The notes: generated from the sequence alone by a model not told the origin. Counted from the stretch's first letter, positions 1-9,994 are shown. The stretch is DNA of 64,000 bases from Candidatus Multivorans sp. (GCA_965219675.1 OZ244786.1:3674597-3738596), one strand, 5' to 3'. Translations and numbers: made by a program.

Positions 1-642
1 CGGCCGAAGGCCCGCCACCAGCCGCACGATCAGGCGGCCCTCCGCCTCGAACTTCGCCTCGTAGTTCGTGCGCGGGCCCTCGGGCCAGCCGCACGGCAGG
101 TGCTCCACATCGACCGCCGGATGGGCCTCCAGCGTCTCGACCACCGCCTCGCCGTACTCGACGTGGTCCGTGGCGAAGCACAGCCGTCCCGACGTCGGCT
201 CGAGCAGCGACAGCACGAGATCGACCGTGCGCGGGTCCAGCAGCCGCCGGCGATGGTGCCGGCTCTTGGGCCACGGGTCGGGGAAGTAGACGTGGACGGC
301 GCGCGCCATGGCCGCGGGCAACAGGGTCGCGATCAGGTAGAGCGCCTCGCCGCGCAGCAGGATGAGGTTGTCAAGCCCCCGAGCCCCCGCCCGGCGAGCC
401 GCCAGCCGGAAGTACTTCGACACGATCTCGACGCCCAGGAATGGTCGCCCGGGCGCCGCCGACGCCGACGCGAGCAGAAACCGGCCCTTGCCGAATCCGA
501 GTTCGACTTCCCAGTCGGAGCGCTCATCGAGTGCCGCCAGCAACCCGGACCGGCAGGACGCGAGCCCTCGGAACCCGGCCCCGCCGCCTTCCGCCGACGG
601 CGCGCCGGGTCCGCCCCAGACGACCGTCTCCAGGGCGCTCAG
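1..642 (-). CDS. trmB: tRNA (guanine46-N7)-methyltransferase TrmB, 3' end truncated by window edge; start codon uncertain (no in-frame ATG; possibly CTG near 633-642)
   Basis: Minus-strand translation gives ...WEVELGFGKGRFLLASASAAPGRPFLGVEIVSKYF...AVHVYFPDPWPKSRHHRRRL..., the canonical TrmB motifs; not in ORF track because the frame runs off the window. Confidence 0.6.
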   Translation of the reverse strand, partial: MSALETVVWGGPGAPSAEGGGAGFRGLASCRSGLLAALDERSDWEVELGFGKGRFLLASASAAPGRPFLGVEIVSKYFRLAARRAGARGLDNLILLRGEALYLIATLLPAAMARAVHVYFPDPWPKSRHHRRRLLDPRTVDLVLSLLEPTSGRLCFATDHVEYGEAVVETLEAHPAVDVEHLPCGWPEGPRTNYEAKFEAEGRLIVRLVAGLRP

Positions 643-1694
643 AGCAGATCCCGGCGGCCCAGGGCCCGCAACTGCTCCACGATCCGGCGCACGTCCTGCG
701 CCCGCTCCCGCGGCACGACGAGGACGGCGTCGCCCGTCCTGACGATGGCCAGGCCCTCGACGCCGATCGCCGCGACCGTGCCGGCGTCGGCGAAGAGAAG
801 GTTGTCCCGCGCGTCGACGGCGAACGTGGAGCCCACGGTCCGGTTCCCTTCGCCGTCCTCCGGCAGGGCCTCCGCCAGAGACGCCCAGGAGCCCAGGTCG
901 TTCCAGCCGCAGTCGGCCACGACACATCCGATCGAGGACAGCCGCTCCATCAGTCCGTAGTCGATCGACACGGATTCGAGCTCCGCGTAGAGCGCGCGGC
1001 GGCGCTCCGGGTCGCTGCCCTCCGCGGCCAGACGCTCGAGGCCGGCGGCGAGTTCGGGCAGGTGCCGGCGGTAGAGATCGAGCAGCACGGAACCCCGGAA
1101 CAGGAAGATCCCGGCGTTCCAGAAGTGGCGGCCGGACGCCTTGAAGCGAACCGCCGTCTCCGGGTCCGGCTTCTCCGTGAACCGCAGCACCCGTTCCAGG
1201 CTCCCGGCCGCCGTACGCGCGTCCAGCTCCAGGTAGCCGTAGCCGGTTTCGGGCCAGGCCGGGGCCACGCCGACGGTCACCACGTCGTGGTCGCCGCGCT
1301 CAACGGCGTCGACGCCCACGCGAAGCACCTGCCGGAAGGCATCCTCGTCGGCGACCCAGTGGTCGGAGGGAAACACCGCGATCACCTCGTCCCGCACCTG
1401 CTCCGGCATGGAACGCACCGCCCAGCCGATCGCCGGCGCCGTGTTGCGGCCGCTCGGCTCGCCCAGGATGCGCGAGGCGGCGAGACCCGGCAGTTCGGCC
1501 GCGACCGCGGGCGCCAGTTCCTCCGTCGTGCAGACCCAGGTCCCGTCCGCGCCGCAGAGCGGCTCGATCCGGCGCGCGGTCGCGTCAAGAAGCGAACCGC
1601 CGCCGAGCAGGTCGAGGAGCTGCTTCGGGCGTCGCCTTCTGCTCACCGGCCAGAACCGCGAGCCGACGCCGCCGGCCAGGATGAGACCAATCAT
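639..1694 (-). CDS. manC: mannose-1-phosphate guanylyltransferase (GDP-mannose pyrophosphorylase)
   Basis: MIGLILAGGVGSRFWPVSR nucleotidyltransferase N-terminus; internal ATG at 1694 avoids overlap with next gene. Confidence 0.75.
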   Translation of the reverse strand: MIGLILAGGVGSRFWPVSRRRRPKQLLDLLGGGSLLDATARRIEPLCGADGTWVCTTEELAPAVAAELPGLAASRILGEPSGRNTAPAIGWAVRSMPEQVRDEVIAVFPSDHWVADEDAFRQVLRVGVDAVERGDHDVVTVGVAPAWPETGYGYLELDARTAAGSLERVLRFTEKPDPETAVRFKASGRHFWNAGIFLFRGSVLLDLYRRHLPELAAGLERLAAEGSDPERRRALYAELESVSIDYGLMERLSSIGCVVADCGWNDLGSWASLAEALPEDGEGNRTVGSTFAVDARDNLLFADAGTVAAIGVEGLAIVRTGDAVLVVPRERAQDVRRIVEQLRALGRRDLL

Positions 1695-1710
1695 CGCGCA
1701 GGCCGCCCGG

Positions 1711-2418
1711 TCAGTCGCCGGCGCCATCCGTGCGCCACAGCGCGACTTCCGCCAGTGACTTGCGCCGCAGATCGGGTACCTCGCAATCCGGCGCCGGATA
1801 GCCGACCGGAAACAGGATGTACGGCTTCTCGTTCGGCGGCCGCTCGAGGATCTCGCTCAGGAAGCGCATCGGGCTCGGCGTATGGGTCAGCGTGGCGAGG
1901 CCCATTCCGTGCAGCGCGGCGATGAAGAGGCCGCAGGCGATGCCGACGCTCTCCTTGACGTAGTAGTTCTTGCGCTTCGCCCCCTGCCCGTCGAAGCCGA
2001 ACAGCTCGGCGAACACGACGACGATCCAGGGCACCGTGGTCAGAAACGGCTTCCGCCAGTCGGTGCCCAGGGGCTTGAGCGCCTCCAGCCACTCGTCCGG
2101 CATCCGGCCGCCGAGATAGCTGTGCTTCTCCTCGGCCTCCGCCGCCTCCCGGATGCGCGCCTTGATCTCCGGATCGCTGACCGCCACGAACCGCCAGGGC
2201 TGGCGGTGCGCCCCCGAAGGCGCGGTCGACGCGGCCTCGATCGCCCGTTCGATCAGCCTCCGCGGCACGGGCTCGTCAGTGAAGAAGCGGACGCTGCGCC
2301 GGCTGTCGAACTCCTGGAAGATCCGGTCCGCCCGGCGTTCCATCTCAGGTGGTTCGACGCGAGCCGGCCGGTAGGGGACGAATACGGGAGTCCTGCCGTC
2401 AGCCACCCGCCCGCTCAT
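1711..2418 (-). CDS. nitroreductase family protein
   Basis: 235-aa ORF with nitroreductase-fold hallmarks (RSVRFF...HRQPWRFV...); high GC3. Confidence 0.65.
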   Translation of the reverse strand: MSGRVADGRTPVFVPYRPARVEPPEMERRADRIFQEFDSRRSVRFFTDEPVPRRLIERAIEAASTAPSGAHRQPWRFVAVSDPEIKARIREAAEAEEKHSYLGGRMPDEWLEALKPLGTDWRKPFLTTVPWIVVVFAELFGFDGQGAKRKNYYVKESVGIACGLFIAALHGMGLATLTHTPSPMRFLSEILERPPNEKPYILFPVGYPAPDCEVPDLRRKSLAEVALWRTDGAGD

Positions 2419-2424
2419 TCAGCA

Positions 2425-3543
2425 TCAAAGCCCCTGCCCCGGGTCCGACGACTGGCCTACCGCCCCGGTCCGAACAAGTTCGTCCTGGACCACGCCGGCC
2501 AGCTCGTCGTAGCCCACCGCGCCCGCGAGCGGCCGGCCGTTCACGAACAGGGCCGGCGTCCCGTTGACCCCGGCCTCGATCCCGGCGCGCCGGTCGGCCT
2601 CCACGCGAGCCGCCGTGTCCTCGGCCTCCATGCAGGCCGCGAAGGCCTCCGCGTCGAGCCCGGCGCGCTCCGCCTTGTCCTTCAGGTCGGAAGCGGTCAG
2701 CGTGTCCTGCTCCTCGAACATCAGATCGTGAAACTCCCAGAAGGCGCCCTGGTCCTGGGCGCAGACCGCGGCCTCGGCGGCCCCCTGGGCGTTGGGGTGG
2801 ATCGCGTGCAGCGGGAAGTGACGGAACACCAGGCGCACCTCGGTCGGGTACTCCTCGAAGAGCTGCTCCAGGGTCGGCAGAACCCGCTTGCAGAACGGGC
2901 ACTCGAAGTCCGACCACTCCACGATCGTCACCGGCGCCCCGGCTTCTCCCCGTACCGGGCCGCTGCCGGGATCGACCGGCAGACGGTACGGCTCGAGCAG
3001 GTACTCGATCTCGTGCCCGTCCTCGAGCTCCTCCACGAACTGCTGCTGGGCCAGGAACACCCGGACCTGGTCCTCGAGTTCGTCCCGCCCGCCGCGGATC
3101 CGGCCTTCGTTCTCCGTGAAGAAGGCGTCGATCTCCTCGTCCGTCAACTCGGCCTGGAGACGCTCCATCTCCCCCTCGCGCCAGTCCTCCGGCGAAAGGT
3201 CCGCTTCCCCGGCCGCGGCGACAACCAGGCGATCGCGGACGATTCCCTCGAGTGTCCGCTCGATCAACTGGTGCCGCTCCGAGTTGACCTGCAGCTCGCA
3301 CTGGATGCGCTGCTCCTCCAACTGATCCAACTGAGCGGCAGCCCGCTCCAGGGCCTCGTCGTGGCCGATGTCCACACCGTCGAGGCGGGCCGCGGCCAGC
3401 TCCCGGGCCTGCTCCTCCTGGGCAGAAGCCCCGGACTCGGGCCGCAGGACCAGGAACGCGATCACCGCCAGCAAGACGGCGTAGACGGCCGCGTGAACGC
3501 CCCAGGCAGGCCGGCTATTGCTCTCGGAACTCTCAGTACTCAA
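2425..3543 (-). CDS. DsbA-family thiol:disulfide oxidoreductase with N-terminal membrane anchor and coiled-coil
   Basis: CPFC active site in thioredoxin fold (VTIVEWSDFECPFCKRV); TM segment AVYAVLLAVIAFLVL; TTG start preceded by GAGGAGGA RBS. Confidence 0.7.
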   Translation of the reverse strand: MSTESSESNSRPAWGVHAAVYAVLLAVIAFLVLRPESGASAQEEQARELAAARLDGVDIGHDEALERAAAQLDQLEEQRIQCELQVNSERHQLIERTLEGIVRDRLVVAAAGEADLSPEDWREGEMERLQAELTDEEIDAFFTENEGRIRGGRDELEDQVRVFLAQQQFVEELEDGHEIEYLLEPYRLPVDPGSGPVRGEAGAPVTIVEWSDFECPFCKRVLPTLEQLFEEYPTEVRLVFRHFPLHAIHPNAQGAAEAAVCAQDQGAFWEFHDLMFEEQDTLTASDLKDKAERAGLDAEAFAACMEAEDTAARVEADRRAGIEAGVNGTPALFVNGRPLAGAVGYDELAGVVQDELVRTGAVGQSSDPGQGL

Positions 3544-3600
3544 GGGGTCTCCTCCTCAGCGGTCACTCTACCGGAGGCACCGGGCTAGCATGGCCGCCGG

Positions 3601-4248
3601 ATGGCCGGACGGTTCATCACTTTCGAGGGTCTCGACGGCAGCGGCAAGTCGACCCAGCTCGAACGCGTGGCCCAGCGGCTCGGCCGCCATGGAGTCGCCC
3701 ACGTGGTCACCCGGGAGCCCGGCGGCACGCCGTTCGCCGACCTCCTGCGCGAGTTGTTCCTGAGACGGGAGGCGGCTCAGGTCGATGGCGTGGTGGAGCT
3801 GATGCTCGTGTTCGCCAGCCGTCGCCAGCACCTGATCGAAGTGATCGAGCCGGCCCTGGCTTCGGGAGCGGTCGTGTTGTGCGACCGCTTCACGGATTCC
3901 ACCTACGCCTACCAGGGCGGTGGCCGGGGAGTGCCGCCGGAGCTGATCGCGAAGGCGGACAGCCTCGCCACCGGCTGCCGCGCGCCGGACCGCACCCTCT
4001 TCTTCGACCTGCCGCCCGAGGAGGCGCAGCGCCGGCGACGCGGCGCTGGCACGGACCGCATCGACCGGGAAAGCCTGTCCTTCTACCGCCGGGTCCATGC
4101 CGCGTTCCGGGAGAGGATCGACGGGGACCCGGATCGCTTCCGCCTCATCGACGCCTCGGCGCCCATCGAGACGGTCGCGGAAGCCGTCGAGGAAACGCTG
4201 AGCGACATCCTCGATCTTCCGCGGCGGAGCCCGGCGACCGGCCCATGA
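3601..4248 (+). CDS. tmk: thymidylate kinase
   Basis: FITFEGLDGSGKSTQ P-loop and Tmk family profile. Confidence 0.85.
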   Translation: MAGRFITFEGLDGSGKSTQLERVAQRLGRHGVAHVVTREPGGTPFADLLRELFLRREAAQVDGVVELMLVFASRRQHLIEVIEPALASGAVVLCDRFTDSTYAYQGGGRGVPPELIAKADSLATGCRAPDRTLFFDLPPEEAQRRRRGAGTDRIDRESLSFYRRVHAAFRERIDGDPDRFRLIDASAPIETVAEAVEETLSDILDLPRRSPATGP

Positions 4249-5138
4249 CCCGGGCCAGGGAGCAACTCCGCGAACTTGCCGCCTCCGGCCGGCTGTATCC
4301 CTCGGTGATCCTCCACGGGGGCGAGGCGAAGGAGCGGCTGGCCCTTGCCAGCCGGATCGCCCGGGCCCTGCTCTGCGAACGGGAGCCGGAGGTGCGGCCG
4401 TGCGGCAAGTGCAAGCACTGCCGGCGGATCGACCTGGAGGCCGACAAGGTCTTCCATCCCGACTTCGTGTTCGTGCGCCGCGACCCGAAGAAGAGGGAAA
4501 CGGTCATCCCCGTCGACAAGGTCCGGGCCCTTCTGCAGACGGCCCAGGTGTCGCCGTTCGAGGCCCGGGGCCAGGTGTTCGTCATCGTCGAAGCGGAGAC
4601 GCTGCATCCGGCCGGAGCGAACGTGCTGCTCAAGACCCTCGAGGAGCCGGCGGACCGGTCGCCCAGGAACTTCCTGCTGCTCGCCTCGTCGGCGAACGAG
4701 TTGCTGCCCACGCTGCGCAGCCGGTCGCTGACCGTCTACCTGGGCGCCGGCGATGCCGCGGGCGACGTGGACGAGCAACTCGTGGCCGATCTGGTCGACC
4801 TCTGGCGCCAGCGGCCCGGCGACGACGCCTTCGCCCTCTGGGCCTCGGCCCTGGCCGCCCGTCTTCTCAAGGGCGGCGGCTTCGAGGACATCCGCGCGCG
4901 TCAGTGCTGGACACGGATTGCCGGCGCGTTGGCGGCGGCAGCCCGCGCCCTGGACGACCGGGCGGATCGGGCCGCCGCGCTCGCCCTGTCCCTCGATTTG
5001 CTCGATGCCCATCGACTGCGGCAGCGCTCGATCCGGCCCGATCGCATCATCGAAGGCCTGGCCGCGCGCCGCCTGCGACGGGACCGGCCCCGGACCGGCT
5101 TCGAGAGCTCGGTGAACGAACTGCTCGGGCCGCCCTGA
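4245..5138 (+). CDS. holB: DNA polymerase III delta' subunit
   Basis: ATGA overlap with tmk stop; AAA+-like delta' features incl. zinc module CGKCKHCRR; conserved tmk-holB synteny. Confidence 0.7.
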   Translation: MTRAREQLRELAASGRLYPSVILHGGEAKERLALASRIARALLCEREPEVRPCGKCKHCRRIDLEADKVFHPDFVFVRRDPKKRETVIPVDKVRALLQTAQVSPFEARGQVFVIVEAETLHPAGANVLLKTLEEPADRSPRNFLLLASSANELLPTLRSRSLTVYLGAGDAAGDVDEQLVADLVDLWRQRPGDDAFALWASALAARLLKGGGFEDIRARQCWTRIAGALAAAARALDDRADRAAALALSLDLLDAHRLRQRSIRPDRIIEGLAARRLRRDRPRTGFESSVNELLGPP

Positions 5139-6758
5139 CTACGGCATCCGTTCCGGGCTACGCAGGCGAGGCCAGCGCCGCCGCACCTCATCCACTCCCA
5201 CTCCCAGACCGGCCGCGATCCGGTCCTGGCGGCGCTCCATGTCCGCCAGGTCGACCGGGTACACGTTCCGCCGCGGGGCGTCGTCGAGGCCGATCAGGTT
5301 CCGCGGTTCGATCGCCGGGCCGATCCAGTCCGTCACCTCCCGCGCCGTCGCCAGGCCGGCCGAGCGCTCGTCGAGCTCCTCAAAGAGCCGGCGGCGGACC
5401 TCCCCGCCGGCGCCGAGGAAGCCCTGCCAGCACCAGCCCTCGTCCGGTGGGTCGAGCAGCCGCTGCCTCAGTTCGTCGAAGCTCGCGGCCGCGAAGTAGG
5501 CCATCGCGGCGGCGGTGAAGCTCTCGAAGTCGTTCATCAGCCGGTAGGCAGCGACGAGCAGCCGGTCGATGTGGTCCGCCTCCGCGGCCAGGAGCCGCCC
5601 GTACCTCTCGGCAGCCGCCGGCGACGGCAAGCCTCCGCGGCAGAGATCGGCGATCCGTTCCACGGCCAGCAGGCTCCAGGCGATCCCGGTCGAGAACATC
5701 GGATCGGCGAAGGCGTAGCTGTGGGGCAGAAGCAGCCAGCCCGGGCCGGCGGCCCGGTCGCGGCGGTAGGCGACGCCGGAGCGCGTCTCGGGGTCGCGCA
5801 GAGGACGGTGGCCGGCGAACTGCCTCGCCAGCGACGGGTAGCGATCGAGCAAGCCGGCGAAGACCGCCGAGGCTGCGGACGCATCCGCGGCGCCGCCGCG
5901 GAGCGCTTCGATCGCCACCGCGGCAGCCGGGCGGTCCTCGGGAAGCAGCACTCCCGCGCTGACCGACCCGTCGTCGAAGGCGAGCTGGTACATCCACCCC
6001 TCCTCCAGCAGGTGGTGAGCGGCGCTCCAGCGCTCGGGAAAGGGCGAATCCGGCCAGCCTCCTCGATCGAAGGCCGCGACGCCGTCGAAGTGCGAGTACA
6101 CCAGGGTCGTCTGCAGCCGCGGCCGCGACGGCTGCGCGCCCAGAGCTCCGGCGAGGGGCGATCCTCCCGTCGCGTCGACCAGGAGGGCGGCGTCGACGAC
6201 CTGGTCGCCGGCCCGGATCCGGACCGGCCCCGCGCCCGGAGCCTCCGGCACGGACAGCACCTCGACCGCCGTCTCCTCCCGGCAGTCCACGCCCTCCGCC
6301 CGCGCCCGCTCGAACAGAAAGCGGTCGACATCCGCGCGCAGCCACTGGTTGTCCGCGGCATTGTCGTCCGGCGAAGCGGCGACGACCAGGCGCCGACCGT
6401 TCGCCGCATCCGGCACGAAGGCCCGGCGAGGGCGGTGGGCGTAGAAGCAGAAGCCCCGCTTGAGACCGCCGCGGACCTCGGGCAAACCGCGCCGCCAGCG
6501 GCCGTGAGCCGCCAGCGTCCACAGATCCTCGAACCCGTAGCGCATCGCGAGCCGCTCCAGGGCCAGATTGGCCAGCGGCGTGGACGACTCGCCAAGCGCG
6601 AACCGCGGGTGCCGGCCGCGCTCCAGCAGCAGCACGTCGCGGCCCTGCGCACGGAGCGCCCGCGCCAGGATCGACCCCGCGAATCCACCACCGGCAATCA
6701 CTACCTCCCGCCGCTCAGCCACCGCACTCACTGGGTGCGCCGGCCTTCTGGCCGGCAT
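5139..6758 (-). CDS. FAD-dependent oxidoreductase, flavin-dependent (tryptophan) halogenase-like
   Basis: VVIAGGGFAGS Rossmann motif, ...SYAFADPMFSTGI...; ORF extends to GTG 6803 through a REP fragment (6729-6756), ATG at 6758 more likely. Confidence 0.55.
   Translation of the reverse strand: MPARRPAHPVSAVAERREVVIAGGGFAGSILARALRAQGRDVLLLERGRHPRFALGESSTPLANLALERLAMRYGFEDLWTLAAHGRWRRGLPEVRGGLKRGFCFYAHRPRRAFVPDAANGRRLVVAASPDDNAADNQWLRADVDRFLFERARAEGVDCREETAVEVLSVPEAPGAGPVRIRAGDQVVDAALLVDATGGSPLAGALGAQPSRPRLQTTLVYSHFDGVAAFDRGGWPDSPFPERWSAAHHLLEEGWMYQLAFDDGSVSAGVLLPEDRPAAAVAIEALRGGAADASAASAVFAGLLDRYPSLARQFAGHRPLRDPETRSGVAYRRDRAAGPGWLLLPHSYAFADPMFSTGIAWSLLAVERIADLCRGGLPSPAAAERYGRLLAAEADHIDRLLVAAYRLMNDFESFTAAAMAYFAAASFDELRQRLLDPPDEGWCWQGFLGAGGEVRRRLFEELDERSAGLATAREVTDWIGPAIEPRNLIGLDDAPRRNVYPVDLADMERRQDRIAAGLGVGVDEVRRRWPRLRSPERMP
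6729..6756 (+). repeat. REP-like element fragment (variant CACTGGGTGCGCCGGCCTTCTGGCCGGC)
   Basis: Matches REP 5' core shared with copies at 47388, 61168. Confidence 0.6.
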
Positions 6759-6786
6759 TCGGCGCGAAGCGCCGCCATCCGCCTGG

Positions 6787-7704
6787 TCAGCCACAGCACC
6801 CACGGCATTCCGTCCGCCTGACTTCTCCCTTCCGGTTCATCTCCCGGATCGCTTCGAGCCGGGCCTCCCGGCAGGCGACGCACGCCGAACCCACCCGTTC
6901 CAGGTCCCAGGGGTCCACCTGCACCGCCGCCTTGCCGGCGACCGCCTGCAGCCCGAGCTCCAGCGCCTCCTCCACGACCGCCAGGTCCGGCGCCTCGAAC
7001 CGACCGAGCCGCTGCAGCCGTTCCAGCTCCCCGTTGCCGCCGCGGACCGGGATCAGGGCCACCGACCGCGCACCGGCCTCCGCCGCATGCCGCACGCTCG
7101 CAGCCGCCCAGCGTGCCTGCTCCTCCGCCGGCACGAAGGGCACGCCCACGAGCACGAACGCCCGCAGGTCCACGCCGTCCGCCAGCAGCCGAGCGGCCGC
7201 CCGGTCGAACTGCTCCAGGGTCAGCTCCTTGCCGAGCCGCGGCAGGGCCCGCGGGTGAACCGTCTCCAGGCCCATCGCCACCTCCAGGCGACCCTCGAGC
7301 CGGTCGGCGAAGCGGCGCACCCGGCCGTCCACCAGGCGCGGGTGGCACTCGACGAGCACCCGCTCGAAGCCGTCCGCGAGCCGCGCGATCGGTTCCAGAT
7401 CCGCCTCCGGCACCGCCCTCGTCTCGAAGAAGTTGCTCGCGTTGTAGAGCTTGAGCCGGTCGCAGCGTTCGAGTCCCGCCTCGGCGAGCAGACGGGGCAG
7501 GTCCTCGAGAGCCGAGCGCAACTGCGCCGGCAGCGCCCCCTCCGGCGTCGGCCCCGGGATCGTGAAGCGCCACAGGTCGCAGAAGACGCAGGTGAACGGA
7601 CACTCGGCGCCGGTCAGGAACACGGTCGCCGCCGGACGGAGTTCGCCGCCCGGCTCCCGTTCCAGCTCGACCGTCACCCCCTGGTGTTGCCAGGGGTCGT
7701 GCAC
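6787..7704 (-). CDS. radical SAM domain protein (start uncertain; ORF open to 7848 through a REP remnant)
   Basis: CPFTCVFC = CxxxCxxC motif; probable GTG start at 7704 (VHDPWQ...); upstream codons 7775-7837 are REP-derived (GDWVRRRPRRL). Confidence 0.55.
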   Translation of the reverse strand: MHDPWQHQGVTVELEREPGGELRPAATVFLTGAECPFTCVFCDLWRFTIPGPTPEGALPAQLRSALEDLPRLLAEAGLERCDRLKLYNASNFFETRAVPEADLEPIARLADGFERVLVECHPRLVDGRVRRFADRLEGRLEVAMGLETVHPRALPRLGKELTLEQFDRAAARLLADGVDLRAFVLVGVPFVPAEEQARWAAASVRHAAEAGARSVALIPVRGGNGELERLQRLGRFEAPDLAVVEEALELGLQAVAGKAAVQVDPWDLERVGSACVACREARLEAIREMNRKGEVRRTECRGCCG

Positions 7705-7774
7705 GGGACGCGGCGGACGGAGCGCCCGCACCTCCGCCGCCGCCGGACCGCCAACCGTGCCCTCGCGCGGAGTA

Positions 7775-7837
7775 TGGCCGCCGCTTCGCGGCGCGTCTTC
7801 CTCAGAAAGCCGGCGAGGACGCCGGCGCACCCAGTCG
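7775..7837 (-). repeat. degenerate REP-like element
   Basis: ccggcgaggacgccggcgcacccagt matches REP core. Confidence 0.5.
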
Positions 7838-7852
7838 CCGCGGCGCAACTTG

Positions 7853-9181
7853 TCAGGCGTAGAGCGACTGGAAGTGGCGGCGGTACTGCTCGGGCGGACG
7901 GTCGAAGGCGGCGGCGAACACGTCCGCCGACGCCGCGCCCTCCTGGAAGCGCCGCTTGGGGAAGACCGGGAAGTCGATCCCGAGCACCCGCTTCATGCCT
8001 CGCCGCACGACTTCGCCCTTCAGTTCGTACAACGCCTCGTGCGAGCCGCCGACCAGGGCATCGAACGGGATCGCCTCGGCCACCGCGATCACCGCCGGCC
8101 GGGTGAAGGGACTGAACCCCTCGAAACCGAGGTGCCGGGCCGGCGCGTGAGTGCGCACGGTCGCCCTGCCGAGGCCGCCCGAGTAGGTCTGCGAGTGCTT
8201 GATCGCGTCGACGCCCCAACCCTCCTGGTAGAGCATGGAGTTTCCCACGACGCTGGTGATCGTGAGTTCCTGGTTCTCCTCCAGCGGGTAGTCCTTCAGG
8301 TTCTCGTCGCCGCCGTCGCCGTCCACCAGGAGCCGCCAGTCGGGATAGCGCGCGCGGATGCCCCGCAGCAGCGCCAGGCCGACCGCGGCGCACTCGACGT
8401 CGAGCGGCTTGTAGTCCTCGATCACCTCGACCGCCCGCAGCGGATCGACCGCTTCGGCGCCGGCCTCGATCTCCTCGCCCAGCATCTCCAGATCGACGCG
8501 TCGGAGGAACTCGCGCGCCTGGGCGGCGTCGTCCGCGCCGTCACCGACGCGAAGCGTGAACGCCTTGAGCCGCGCGCCGCTCGCACCACCCTCGAGCAGC
8601 GCGCGATTGAGCGCCACCAGCACGGCGCCGCTGTCGATGCCGCCGGAGAAACAGACCCCGACCGGTTCCCGCGCCCGGTCCTCCGGCATCGCGGCCAGCC
8701 AGCCGCGAAGTTCGAACATCAGGGCCTCGACGTAGCGCTCGCCGATCAGGTCCAGGTCCGGCGGCAGGGTGCCGCGCGGCGGATCGAAGAAGCGCTCGTG
8801 AGTCGGGTTCGGATCGGGGCAGCCGATCAGGCGCAGCGTCGTCTGGTGATGCGCCGGGACCATCCGCGTGTAGGTGGGGTGGAACTGGTCGAGGTAGCCC
8901 TCGGCCGCAAGACAGTCCCTGATCTCGTCGATCCGCTGGGCGATGACGAGCATCGGCCCGGACGACTCCTTGGCCAGGAAGTAGCGCATCGGCCGGTCGA
9001 GGCTGCGGGCCATCACGACGTCCACTCCGCGCCGCGCGGCGAGCGCGAACGACCCGTCGATTCCCAGCACCGCGTCGGGGCCGGCAAGCAACCGTTGCCG
9101 GGCCTCGTCCGCCGTCAGGTTCCACAGCCGCTGTTCCCCGTCGTCGATCAGATTGAGAACGCGTGCGATCGGTCTGTCCAC
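7853..9181 (-). CDS. asparagine synthetase B-family protein lacking the N-terminal Cys glutaminase nucleophile
   Basis: PP-loop GVCFSGGIDSG; AsnB C-terminal synthetase domain; GTG start, no N-terminal MCG. Confidence 0.65.
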   Translation of the reverse strand: MDRPIARVLNLIDDGEQRLWNLTADEARQRLLAGPDAVLGIDGSFALAARRGVDVVMARSLDRPMRYFLAKESSGPMLVIAQRIDEIRDCLAAEGYLDQFHPTYTRMVPAHHQTTLRLIGCPDPNPTHERFFDPPRGTLPPDLDLIGERYVEALMFELRGWLAAMPEDRAREPVGVCFSGGIDSGAVLVALNRALLEGGASGARLKAFTLRVGDGADDAAQAREFLRRVDLEMLGEEIEAGAEAVDPLRAVEVIEDYKPLDVECAAVGLALLRGIRARYPDWRLLVDGDGGDENLKDYPLEENQELTITSVVGNSMLYQEGWGVDAIKHSQTYSGGLGRATVRTHAPARHLGFEGFSPFTRPAVIAVAEAIPFDALVGGSHEALYELKGEVVRRGMKRVLGIDFPVFPKRRFQEGAASADVFAAAFDRPPEQYRRHFQSLYA

Positions 9182-9240
9182 CGTGACTTCCTCCTGTGGG
9201 AACGGTCGTTGGCCTCTGGCCGCATGGTACTGTCCCCGCG

Positions 9241-9948
9241 ATGCTCAGGCACCTTCAGACCCCTGTTTCGGCGGGCCGCGGGCGGCTCCGTACCGCGTTC
9301 CGCAACGTCGTTTACGTCTTGGTCTGTACAGGTGTCCCGACCGTCTTCATCGGCTGCCAGGGCGGCGCCGCGCCGGAGGAATCCGGCCCGGTGCGAATCC
9401 TCCTCGAAGAGGAAGGTCTCGGCGTCGTCTATCTGCCGGACGGCTGCGCGCCGGTCGAGCCCAGCGAGCACCCGCTGGAACTCACCTGCGAACTCATCGA
9501 GACGACGGAGACGCCCGCGGGCCCTCCGGGCACGATCCGTCTCGAGCTTGGCGAGCCCCGAGAGGCTTACCTCGACCTCGCGGACGTCTCCGCGCTCGAC
9601 GTTCTCAGGGAAGAGCACCGGACGCAGTTCGAGGCGTTGCCGGGAGGCGAGTTCCTCGGGATTGGCGGCGCGGTCATCTACGGCCCCTTCGGCGCATCCC
9701 GGTACACCCGCGGGCGATTCCAGGCCGAGGACGGAGAGACGCTCCAGCGGATCCGGCTCTTCATGGAGCATCCGATGGAGAACCGGTTCGTCAACCTCGT
9801 CTACGACCATCCGGTGGTCGACAACACGGACTCGGCCGCGCGGATCAACAACCATCTTCTCATCCTCCTGGAGAGCCTCAGAACCGCGGAGGACATGCAG
9901 GCCGAGGCGGAGGACGGCGCAACGACGGACAATCCGGCGACGTACTGA
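9241..9948 (+). CDS. hypothetical lipoprotein
   Basis: Signal/lipobox VYVLVCTGVPTVFIGCQGG; acidic protein with high GC3 in this frame; competing antisense ORF is Arg-rich artefact. Confidence 0.45.
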   Translation: MLRHLQTPVSAGRGRLRTAFRNVVYVLVCTGVPTVFIGCQGGAAPEESGPVRILLEEEGLGVVYLPDGCAPVEPSEHPLELTCELIETTETPAGPPGTIRLELGEPREAYLDLADVSALDVLREEHRTQFEALPGGEFLGIGGAVIYGPFGASRYTRGRFQAEDGETLQRIRLFMEHPMENRFVNLVYDHPVVDNTDSAARINNHLLILLESLRTAEDMQAEAEDGATTDNPATY

Positions 9949-9994
9949 TCCCGAGCCCGGGCACGGCGCCGGCTTCCCGGAAGGCCGCTGACCG

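Noticed and set aside
100-960. 286-aa plus-strand ORF at the window start
   Set aside because: It is antisense to the TrmB and ManC coding sequences, which have clear family motifs on the minus strand, and it is Arg-rich.
9148-9855. 235-aa minus-strand ORF overlapping the lipoprotein gene
   Set aside because: It is Arg-rich with poor GC3 bias. The plus-strand ORF has a lipoprotein signal peptide and coding-like codon usage.
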